DNA of 33,152 nucleotides from Gammaproteobacteria bacterium (GTDB lineage: Bacteria; Pseudomonadota; Gammaproteobacteria; JBOHHR01). The stretch covers positions 1-33,152 of the forward strand of contig JBOIEG010000118.1 in the NCBI GenBank assembly GCA_050740915.1, written 5' to 3'. The position numbers were made by a program, and so were the translations under genes. A model generated the notes under the pieces. The model worked only from the letters and a program-made list of their open reading frames with translations, was not told where the DNA came from and did no database searches. Below are positions 1 to 7,604 of this stretch, one piece after another; position 1 is the first letter of the stretch; every line of letters starts with the position of its first letter.

Positions 1-299
1 TTGTCAGCCGGAGCGTTCGCAATGACGTTGGGAACGATTTTGGGTGTGATGATTTCAGCCATTCGCGCAAAGCGTTTAGCCCGAGCTTTGATCGCTTCAT
101 CCGGCCAGTTGAATTTCTCCCGCAGCACATTGGCGAGCTCGGCTACGATGTAGGGGGATATGAGGAGGGTATAAGTTCCTCTGAGGCCGTGTTCCCAAAT
201 TGCCCCAAGCTTTCCCTTGGGGTTTGTGAAGATAGAAATGTAGACATTGGTATCAAGGACAACTCTAAACCTTCCTTTTGGTCGTTTTTCTGTAATCAT
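1..299 (-). CDS. vapC: PIN-domain toxin (VapC-like); 3' end runs off the window
   Basis: Not on the ORF track because it is cut by the window edge. My minus-strand translation from ATG 299-297 is open to position 1: MITEKRPKGRFRVVLDTNVYISIFTNPKGKLGAIWEHGLRGTYTLLISPYIVAELANVLREKFNWPDEAIKARAKRFARMAEIITPKIVPNVIANAPAD. It has the VLDTNV acidic motif typical of PIN N-termini. It overlaps the upstream AbrB-type antitoxin by about 35 nt. Confidence 0.75.
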   Translation of the reverse strand, partial: MITEKRPKGRFRVVLDTNVYISIFTNPKGKLGAIWEHGLRGTYTLLISPYIVAELANVLREKFNWPDEAIKARAKRFARMAEIITPKIVPNVIANAPAD

Positions 300-648
300 C
301 AACCAACTTTTGCGCATCCTGTGGCTTAATGCCAAGCTTTTTAGCCTGGGCAGCTCCTAGAGCAAGAAGGCGCCTCTCCTCAGCATCCTCTTCGTTGCTA
401 CTCTTGGGGGCGCGTTTGCCTTCCTCTTTGGCCTCTTTGAGGACGTTTTTAACCCACTCCTCATCGTACCGATCGACTAGAGTTTTTGGTTTGAGAAGGA
501 TGCCGCCACGCACGGGTACCGCCTCAAGCAGGTCGCCTTCTTCAAGCTTCAGGTCACGTCGAAACTCCGCGGGGATGGTGACTTGTCCTTTGGTCTTTAC
601 CTTAACATAGGGCATGGGTTGTTCTCGAATAAGTGTTGATTGAGTCAT
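265..648 (-). CDS. vapB: AbrB/SpoVT(MazE-fold) antitoxin, VapB-like
   Basis: 127-aa ORF. The N-terminus VKVKTKGQVTIPAEFRRDLKLEEGDLLEAVPV is a swapped-hairpin AbrB/SpoVT motif. It sits directly upstream of the PIN ORF and overlaps it. Confidence 0.8.
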   Translation of the reverse strand: MTQSTLIREQPMPYVKVKTKGQVTIPAEFRRDLKLEEGDLLEAVPVRGGILLKPKTLVDRYDEEWVKNVLKEAKEEGKRAPKSSNEEDAEERRLLALGAAQAKKLGIKPQDAQKLVDDYRKTTKRKV

Positions 649-654
649 AAAGTT

Positions 655-698
655 TAACTTTCTAACTTTCAGTATAGAGGGTTTTTATTTAAAGTCAA
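655..698 (-). promoter_or_regulatory. sigma70-like promoter for the vapBC pair plus a tandem 8-bp operator-like repeat
   Basis: Read on the minus strand: TTGACT (698-693), 16-nt spacer, TATACT (676-671). Between the -10 and the ATG (648) lies a perfect tandem repeat, TAACTTTC TAACTTTC (plus strand 655-662 and 663-670). Confidence 0.45.
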
Positions 699-747
699 TA
701 GACACCTATCCCCTCTTTCCTCAATTCTTAAAACCAACTTGCTCCCC

Positions 748-3057
748 TTAGTAATGTGTCGGTGGAGGCTCGTCTGAAGTTACATTTACTTTTTGGCTTG
801 CGGTTACACTTTTCAATCTTTCCTGCCTTTCACGAATCTCTTTCTCAACATCCTTGTAATATTTGCAGTAGCCCAGCGTCCTCATCTGTTTTTTTATCCT
901 CTCGATTCTTGCTGTTAACAGCTCACCATGCAACACACTAGGCAAGTCATTTGTTTTAATAACACATTCACCTGAGAGCAATTTCACTTTCGCTTGGAAA
1001 TTAGGCTGATTCGTAAGGTCTCTTGCGATCTCGTTTTCCATATCAGCGAATGTCCGGTTTTGATACTTTGGCTGATACTGTCCCGTATCAACTAGAACAG
1101 GCTCTTTCGCGAGAACCACCATTGTATATCTGAGTTCTCTTATCATCTTTACCAATCGAGAAGCAGACTCCATTTCCCGCTTGCTCTCACGTGTAACAGA
1201 ACCAAACAACCCCTTCTTCTGACGGGAATTGATAAATTTAGTTGAGTACTCTTGGTTAATAAAATATGGATCGCCAAACACAGCCGCTTCTTCTTTAAAC
1301 TCTTTCAAATCGTGATGGCCTGGTTCACAATACGGAGGAACCAAAAACCCAAGTTTGATAAAGGGATAAAAGGTTTCCTCACTTGCGTCTTGCTGGGAAA
1401 CAGAGAGCATGTATAGAGCAAGTGGAGGAATGAGAAAGTGAGAACTAGCCTCACTCATACAGCGGTACAAACTCCTATTTAACTCTTCCCTCCCTTGTCG
1501 AATATCACGGGCTGTTAGAGAGATAGTTAAATAACCCCAGTACACGAAGTAATAGTTATCCTGTGCAGTTCTAGCAATTAAGTTTTCAAAGTTTTGTAAA
1601 TACACCTGCGCAAAGTAAGTCGCTCTCACATCGTTATGCCCCCGTTTAACTAAGTGGGTTAGGACATCTGAAACAGGCGCACGCACTGGCTCTTCTCCCG
1701 CTATTTCTTTAGTTGGTGTAGTATCGAAACACTTCGCGAGTACTTTCCCGTCTTCTCCACTGACTCGAAAGACGATCATATTTCCAGCTGCAATAGCAGC
1801 AGTTCTATTAGCCTCATCCAACTGTGAAAGTGTTTGATGGGAAAGTGTTGTGGCGATACGAAATTTACGTGCTTCTGATATAAGAGTGGCGAAATCAGAG
1901 GTCGCGAAGCGCTGGTACTCGTCGCAAAAGAGATTAAACTGGCGACGGCTCGCCTCTGGCTGATCTGTTCTTGAAAACGCAGCCATCAAAAGTTTTCCTA
2001 CCAAGATTGCACCTATAAGCCTTGATGCTTCTTCAAACTGAGGAGACAATTTAACAAGGAGTATTTTCCCGCTGTCCATAACCTCCCGAAAACTTATCGT
2101 TGTCTTAGATTGACAAACAATATTTCTTATCATCGGCTCATCTAAGAAACTGGTAACCTTGTTCATAGTCGAGTCGGTGTAAAGAGCTTTATCCCGTGCA
2201 GACATACTATTGTAAACTTCCCAAAACGACACAATAGAACTATTACTAAGATTCGCAGCCATTCTCTCCCGCACAGAATCACTTGATAAAAGAATTGGAA
2301 TCTCGCTAAACGTTGTGCCAGGACACTCTATAAGGGTACGAGTTACAGCACGCAGTACCTGCATTAAACGCGGTGTGTCTGTCCCTGCCCCCCATACTTT
2401 AGCAAATACGTGAGAGACAAAATTAGCAGTTGAGGCCATTGTTTTTATGTTTCTAGGCTCAGGACACTGAAACAGATTAAGTCCAAAGGGATACTCACCC
2501 TCCATAATATCGAGTAGGACCACATCCTTTAACCTATTCTCAGGAATACCACCAATTACTGTTTTGGTTAAATCGCCGTGCGGCTCAATGAGACACACAC
2601 CTAACCCATGCTTAATGTCTGTCAGAATCAGGTTGGCAAGCAATGTTGATTTACCAGTTCCATTTGCACCTATGATATATAGTCCTTGTTGCCTTGCTTT
2701 CTGTGAGATAGCAACATCAATACCATTTTCTATATCTTTACCAATAATTGAATACAGCCCGCTGAAGTCAGCGTAATCCCCGACTGTTTCTGATCGCCTT
2801 GGTACAGTTCTGATTTCTTCTCTACGTACAGTTCTATTGTTAATCTTTTCTCCATCACGATGATCTTCTCTTTCCTTTCTCTTTATACCCCCCATCTCAA
2901 CCAATTTAGCGAATACTGCCAGTTTTGCCTCTTTTGTTAAAGAACGAATAACCTCCCGAGGGATTGGGCAACGCGGGTGATTTAACGCCTCATCAATGAG
3001 GCGAATCTTCTCGCTTTCTGGTATCGCATCGAATGGGTTTTTTACATCAGTAACCAT
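748..3057 (-). CDS. P-loop NTPase of the FtsK/HerA/TraD (coupling-protein-like) superfamily
   Basis: 769 aa. Walker A is IIGANGTGKSTLL, followed by CLIEPHGDL. Walker B-like motif is LFCDEYQRF, and TLSHQTLSQL lies downstream. This spacing is typical of hexameric DNA-translocase/HerA-type ATPases. Confidence 0.7.
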   Translation of the reverse strand: MVTDVKNPFDAIPESEKIRLIDEALNHPRCPIPREVIRSLTKEAKLAVFAKLVEMGGIKRKEREDHRDGEKINNRTVRREEIRTVPRRSETVGDYADFSGLYSIIGKDIENGIDVAISQKARQQGLYIIGANGTGKSTLLANLILTDIKHGLGVCLIEPHGDLTKTVIGGIPENRLKDVVLLDIMEGEYPFGLNLFQCPEPRNIKTMASTANFVSHVFAKVWGAGTDTPRLMQVLRAVTRTLIECPGTTFSEIPILLSSDSVRERMAANLSNSSIVSFWEVYNSMSARDKALYTDSTMNKVTSFLDEPMIRNIVCQSKTTISFREVMDSGKILLVKLSPQFEEASRLIGAILVGKLLMAAFSRTDQPEASRRQFNLFCDEYQRFATSDFATLISEARKFRIATTLSHQTLSQLDEANRTAAIAAGNMIVFRVSGEDGKVLAKCFDTTPTKEIAGEEPVRAPVSDVLTHLVKRGHNDVRATYFAQVYLQNFENLIARTAQDNYYFVYWGYLTISLTARDIRQGREELNRSLYRCMSEASSHFLIPPLALYMLSVSQQDASEETFYPFIKLGFLVPPYCEPGHHDLKEFKEEAAVFGDPYFINQEYSTKFINSRQKKGLFGSVTRESKREMESASRLVKMIRELRYTMVVLAKEPVLVDTGQYQPKYQNRTFADMENEIARDLTNQPNFQAKVKLLSGECVIKTNDLPSVLHGELLTARIERIKKQMRTLGYCKYYKDVEKEIRERQERLKSVTASQKVNVTSDEPPPTHY

Positions 3058-3114
3058 AAACTTTCTCCATTTGTTCGCGTGTGCTGAAAGGGGAAATATA
3101 ACCGCAAAAGAGCC

Positions 3115-3143
3115 TTGCGCTTACAACACATTTCTCGTATAAT
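3115..3143 (+). promoter_or_regulatory. candidate sigma70 promoter for 3166-3678
   Basis: TTGCGC (3115-3120), 17-nt spacer, perfect TATAAT (3138-3143), 23 nt upstream of the ATG at 3166. Confidence 0.35.
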
Positions 3144-3165
3144 CAAGCACCTAGAGAAATAAAAT

Positions 3166-3678
3166 ATGAAAGAGCGAGGGCAGGGAAGCCCTGAAAAAGA
3201 TACACCTCAAAAAAATACCCTGTTAAAAAAGCAAGCAGGCACTGGCAAGGAAGATAATGCCAGTAGACCACTTACTATATTTGACGAGGAAAGAAAAGTT
3301 AAGGAAAAGGATTATAATAGGCGCTACTACCATGAGCATAAGGAGCGTATTACCGAGCATCGTAGATTATATCGCCAGGAACATGGGGAAGAGGTAAGGG
3401 AGAGGGAAAAACAGTGGCAAAGGCGACGCAGACAAAAACTTAAAGAAGAACAGGCAATTCAGATTTTTCCTCAAAAAGAAGGCAAAAAAATAGGAAGACC
3501 ACGTACTCTATCTGACGAGGAGAGAGCAGCCAGAAGCGCACAGAAACGTAAACGTTACTACGAAAAACATAAAGATGCGATACGAGAAAAACATGGGCTT
3601 TACAGACTGAAACACAAAGATGCGATACGAGAAAAGAGTAGGCGCTACTACCATGAGCATAAGGAACAATCAAGATAG
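3166..3678 (+). CDS. Lys/Arg/His-rich internally repetitive protein, function unknown
   Basis: 170 aa with a repeated peptide unit: RRYYHEHKERITEHRRLYR / KRYYEKHKDAIREKHGLYR / KHKDAIREKSRRYYHEHKE. At DNA level there is a 27-nt perfect direct repeat (3318-3344 and 3639-3665) and a 20-nt perfect repeat (3571-3590 and 3616-3635). Both are in frame. Confidence 0.55.
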   Translation: MKERGQGSPEKDTPQKNTLLKKQAGTGKEDNASRPLTIFDEERKVKEKDYNRRYYHEHKERITEHRRLYRQEHGEEVREREKQWQRRRRQKLKEEQAIQIFPQKEGKKIGRPRTLSDEERAARSAQKRKRYYEKHKDAIREKHGLYRLKHKDAIREKSRRYYHEHKEQSR

Positions 3679-3693
3679 CAAAATACTCTGAGG

Positions 3694-4473
3694 CTATTCA
3701 AGTTTTTCCCCTCCATCTTGCTCGAGAACCACAATACCTAAATCTGACTCAAGCCCTTTAAGCCAGGTCTGATCTTTCTCACGAACCAATTCGCTGACGA
3801 GAACCCATTTATCAGGTCCTTTCTGGATATCGCGGACTGACCTACCTTGGTTTCTCTTGTGAGCCTCTGATACTCTTTCTCGAGAAATCTTTTTCTCCTT
3901 GAGAAGAGATTTAATTGCCGCCGCTACTGTACTACGGCCCTTGGATCGGGTCTTTGTGTCAATTCCGACCTGCTTGGCTATCTCTGCATAGGAGTATCCA
4001 CAGACGTACATTGCTACGAAAAGCGGAGCCGCCCACTTTCCAAAAGTGCTCGGCATCTGGCTGCATCGTACATACGGCTTATTGCGACACGAGTTTTCCG
4101 CCGGGGGGTGTTCGTACCACACAGTCGTGCTATCTCGCAGCCAGCGCCACCCTGTCTGAAGGTCCTCAATGCCTTGGAGCCATACTAGCATGACCAAATT
4201 CCGATCGGTTGGAGATAATTTTTCTTGATCGCGCAGTTTCAGGCCTATTTTTTCTAGCTGCTTTCGGGGAACCACAAACCGTTTCGCTCGTTTCCCCTTA
4301 TAGCCTGCGGCTGGGTCTGCAAATTCGATCCGAGCATCACCCTCCTCAGTCGGGGTTATACGTAAATATCGCGTTAATAACCTCAAACGCTTTCCGCAGC
4401 TAGGGTTAGGGCAGTACCGGGGTTCAGTCGGGAAACAGCCCACCTGAGGGACAGCTAGTTCGAGGACTGTCAA
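3694..4473 (-). CDS. hypothetical protein with C-terminal HTH-like segment (putative regulator)
   Basis: 259 aa. CPNPSCGK knuckle near the N-terminus. YSYAEIAKQVGIDTKTRSKGRSTVAAAIKSL resembles a sigma70 region-4/LuxR-type HTH. The TTG start overlaps the TGA stop of the upstream gene (TTGA, 4470-4473), which suggests translational coupling. Confidence 0.5.
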   Translation of the reverse strand: MTVLELAVPQVGCFPTEPRYCPNPSCGKRLRLLTRYLRITPTEEGDARIEFADPAAGYKGKRAKRFVVPRKQLEKIGLKLRDQEKLSPTDRNLVMLVWLQGIEDLQTGWRWLRDSTTVWYEHPPAENSCRNKPYVRCSQMPSTFGKWAAPLFVAMYVCGYSYAEIAKQVGIDTKTRSKGRSTVAAAIKSLLKEKKISRERVSEAHKRNQGRSVRDIQKGPDKWVLVSELVREKDQTWLKGLESDLGIVVLEQDGGEKLE

Positions 4474-5408
4474 GGAAGACGAAACCTTCTATACAAGTTA
4501 ACTCTGGCCTCAAGCTCATCGGCGGTCAACGCTCTGAGACGTTCTCTTGGAAGATTTTTAATAGCCGCGAGAATCCCAGCCTCATCCTCTGCCTTTATCT
4601 GAATAGGCTTGAGGCTTGCGATGTCGAGGGGCCCAGTCGCCATCACGGTTTTCTGTCCATCCATCACCATGGTTCGTACACCTTCAATGACGATGACAAC
4701 CTCGAAATTCTTTGACTTGAAATTGGCGAGAGCAGAGAGAATTCGGCGATTCTCAAGAAGCATTCTGAAGCCGTGCAGCGTCCCAGCTGGCCCCAAACCA
4801 GCAACGCTAAAAACTGCCGGCGCATTGCCGTGAGGTCGAATCACTTTCAGGACAAACGCGTCCTCCTGCGAAACGCCATGTTTATCCAGCTCAGGACAAA
4901 AGATCTCTTGACCGCGCTCCTCATCCACGATTATTCGATAAGGCTCTAGGACTTCCTCGGCATTGATGCAAACCCTCATCTTCCTCTTTGAGGTATCAAA
5001 CTCGTGGACGAAATCCCCAATCATCGCTCTACCCACACGTTGCAGTTTTTCAGTGCCATGTCTGTCCCATATTCGAGCTAGAGGGCTAGACAACGGACTG
5101 CCTACGTTTACTGCAACATGTATCTGCCCACCCGGAACGCCAAGGAGAACCTTGGTTCGGCGCAATACGCGGGCGATATCCACCAGCGGTTGCAGGTTCT
5201 CCGGAATGGCCGACCGCTCGCCCATTACCAAATGACAGCGTCCCGAGTACAGTGCTATGCGACCGCCATCGGGCAATATTTCTCGCGCAATATGGGCGTT
5301 TTCCTCGACCCGTGCCCTATGTTCGACTTCTCCTGCGATATGTTCCTCGGACATATTGCGAACGCATAGGAGATGGCCTAGTAGCCCTGGAGTTACACAC
5401 TGTTTCAT
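4470..5408 (-). CDS. hypothetical protein, no assignable motif
   Basis: 312-aa ORF, first gene of a two-gene minus-strand operon divergent from the radical-SAM gene. I cannot recognise a family from the sequence. Confidence 0.5.
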   Translation of the reverse strand: MKQCVTPGLLGHLLCVRNMSEEHIAGEVEHRARVEENAHIAREILPDGGRIALYSGRCHLVMGERSAIPENLQPLVDIARVLRRTKVLLGVPGGQIHVAVNVGSPLSSPLARIWDRHGTEKLQRVGRAMIGDFVHEFDTSKRKMRVCINAEEVLEPYRIIVDEERGQEIFCPELDKHGVSQEDAFVLKVIRPHGNAPAVFSVAGLGPAGTLHGFRMLLENRRILSALANFKSKNFEVVIVIEGVRTMVMDGQKTVMATGPLDIASLKPIQIKAEDEAGILAAIKNLPRERLRALTADELEARVNLYRRFRLP

Positions 5409-5430
5409 TTCGATCTCCTTACCCTTGTAA

Positions 5431-5480
5431 TGTACAAAAAATTTAGGTATTATTCAGGTGTGTAAAAAATTTTGGTATTA
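5431..5480. promoter_or_regulatory. pair of ~21-bp direct repeats in the divergent control region
   Basis: TGTACAAAAAATTTAGGTATTA (5431-5452) and TGTAAAAAATTTTGGTATTA (5461-5480). They are 30 bp apart and begin 23 nt upstream of the minus-strand start at 5408. Confidence 0.4.
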
Positions 5481-5741
5481 CACTGCGATGGAGACGAGAC
5501 CCCGCAACGGCTATGTACCCACTGATTCAGATACTTACGTCGAATGTGATGTCCCCCATTGGTTCCAGCAAGGATTCGGTTCCCCAGCCCCTAACCCGCC
5601 GGCTCTCACTCGTAGTCCGATACCGACCGCCAACCGCCGCTTACAACGAGCGCAGAACCCATATATCCACCCCTTTGTTTAGGCCCTTTTTAAGGAAGTA
5701 AACCAACCCTGAGTCTAGTCCCCACGTAACGCCTTAAGCAC

Positions 5742-7466
5742 ATGAGGAGAGTCATGGAAATCAATGCTGCCCTCCGGAGTCACCAAGTTGAGCGCTCTGA
5801 AGCTCCGACCCAACACACCTTAGTTGAAGCGACACCGGAAGAGATGCCCTTTAAAGGGATCAGTTGGATCGAAAATAAAACCATCTTGACACCAACCGGT
5901 GGCTTTTTGGCAAGCGGGTATACGCATACCCTAAACCCTTACGTTGGTTGTGGGTTTGCTGGGGCACTCTGCGGAACGTTTTGTTATGCCCAGCATCAGC
6001 ACTGGATTGTACGTGGCCGTCCTTGGGGATTCTATGGCGCAAGGCATGATATACGCCAAGCGTATCAGCGCGACTTTGACCGGATAAAGCGGCCATGGCA
6101 AGGAACCTCTCGCCCCTTGCGCGTTTACATGTCCTCCAGCACTGATCCCTATGTACCCCAGGAGAAGAAGCTGTGTCTTACGCTAGCCATCCTGGAAGAA
6201 AGGCAGACCCGTCCCCCTGACGTGCTTGTGATCCAGACTCATACCACGCTCATTAACCGCGATTTTGATCTCATTCAGCCGCTCTCAAAGCGATGTGAGC
6301 TCTGGGTCTCGATAACTTGCGAGACAGATAGGGGTCCCGTGCCCGGTTTCCCCCCACACGCCTCGCGACCGGCCAAGCGGCTGGAGACGCTCAAGCGCTT
6401 TCGCGAGGCCGGTGTGCCAACGCAGGCGACGATCAGTCCGCTCATGCCCTTGGCAGACCCGCAGACGTTTGCGCGTGCCCTCGATGCCGCCTGTGACCGG
6501 GTGGTTATTGATCATTATTTACTCGGCGACGGCAGTCACGGCGCTAGGACCAAGCGAACCAATTTTCTCCAGCTGCTGGAGCGGGCCGGCTTTGGCGAGT
6601 GGGCGAAGGTCGAGAAGATGTGGGAGGTGCACGACCTCCTGGCCGGCGTATTAGGGGCTGAGCGGGTTTTGGTAAGCGCCGAGGGGTTCAATGCGGTCGG
6701 GATCCAACGAAAACCTGTCCCTGCCATGCACATAATCCAAGAGGATAGGAATACCCTACCTAACCTCCCTGATTCACCACAGCCTGCCCAGCAGTGCACG
6801 GACACTGATACATCTACCCCGTCAGCTGAAGATATTCCCATTTTGCGTTTAAACCAGCAAAAAGATGCACCCAAAAATGTGTATGAGTCGCTGCGCGACC
6901 ATCAGCAATTAAAGTCCGAAAAACTGTGGTTACTGCACACCTACCTGCCTCTCATCATTGAGCGCTTCTACGGCACACTTCCCTTGCCAGCCCTGAGCGT
7001 TGAGCCAGCCCGCTTAGGGAATTTAGGTTGGTATCTAGAGAAAGATGGTCTTGCCCTGAACCACCGTATCAATTTGAACTGCATGTATGCCAACCGGCCC
7101 CTCGCTGAGGTTTTACGGACACTTACCCATGAGCTTGGCCACCAATGGCAGCATATCCATGGGAAGAACGGCAAGAACCGCTACCACAGTAACTACCACA
7201 ATAAACAGTTCCAACTCAAGATGCAGTCAATAGGTATCCCCTGCAATAAGCGGGGGGTTTCCCTTGGAATGCAGGAGCCTTTTATAAGTTTTCTCAAGAA
7301 GCTTGGAATCGAGGCAGAGATTTTCCCGTTTAAACAGGAAAACGATGAGTCACCTGTCAGTTCAGGCTCCAGATTAAAACCTTGGGCTTGTAGCTGCACG
7401 CGGGTCTGGGCTTCAGTTCGCGTTGAAGTAAAGGCGACCTGCAGCGAGTGCGGTAATCCATTTTAG
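5742..7466 (+). CDS. fusion protein: SplB/COG1533-like radical SAM domain + SprT-like zinc metalloprotease + C-terminal zinc ribbon
   Basis: 574 aa.
- N-terminal half: LNPYVGCGFAGALCGTFCYAQ (NPYxGC signature, Cys spacing Cx6Cx3C), SSSTDPYVPQE, VLVIQTHTTLINRDFDL, and PHASRPAKRLETLKRFREAGVPTQATISPLMP. These match the DNA-repair-photolyase type of radical SAM enzyme.
- C-terminal part: LTHELGHQWQH (HExxH) plus CSCTRVW...CSECGNPF, as in SprT.
- An alternative start is ATG 5754, after AGGAGA. Confidence 0.75.
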   Translation: MRRVMEINAALRSHQVERSEAPTQHTLVEATPEEMPFKGISWIENKTILTPTGGFLASGYTHTLNPYVGCGFAGALCGTFCYAQHQHWIVRGRPWGFYGARHDIRQAYQRDFDRIKRPWQGTSRPLRVYMSSSTDPYVPQEKKLCLTLAILEERQTRPPDVLVIQTHTTLINRDFDLIQPLSKRCELWVSITCETDRGPVPGFPPHASRPAKRLETLKRFREAGVPTQATISPLMPLADPQTFARALDAACDRVVIDHYLLGDGSHGARTKRTNFLQLLERAGFGEWAKVEKMWEVHDLLAGVLGAERVLVSAEGFNAVGIQRKPVPAMHIIQEDRNTLPNLPDSPQPAQQCTDTDTSTPSAEDIPILRLNQQKDAPKNVYESLRDHQQLKSEKLWLLHTYLPLIIERFYGTLPLPALSVEPARLGNLGWYLEKDGLALNHRINLNCMYANRPLAEVLRTLTHELGHQWQHIHGKNGKNRYHSNYHNKQFQLKMQSIGIPCNKRGVSLGMQEPFISFLKKLGIEAEIFPFKQENDESPVSSGSRLKPWACSCTRVWASVRVEVKATCSECGNPF

Positions 7467-7604
7467 AGAAAGTAACTGGTGAAAGAAAGGAGATGATCGT
7501 AAACCTTACAGTTTTTGTCCTACGCGTAAACCGCGCACACTTCGGCCAACCCACGAGAGCGCGCCAACCCAGCGCGTCTGTTCTTCAACCAGGAGGTTAC
7601 TACT

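Noticed and set aside
329-610. Antisense and shadow ORFs nested inside longer CDSs. Examples: 329-610, 756-941, 2564-2776, 3440-3673, 3915-4193, 4609-5369, 5860-7399, 8577-9582, 11314-12428, 14206-14457, 15195-15601, 18552-19684, 22381-24212, 27086-27280, 28762-29082, 30264-31511.
   Set aside because: Each lies opposite or out of frame within an ORF that has clear family motifs. Their translations are low-complexity or Arg/Ser/Pro-rich, as is typical of wrong-frame reading, and none has a motif of its own.
5458-5701. 74-aa and 62-aa ORFs in the divergent intergenic region.
   Set aside because: One has a GTG start inside the direct-repeat operator. Both are Pro/Arg-rich with no motif, so the region is treated as regulatory.
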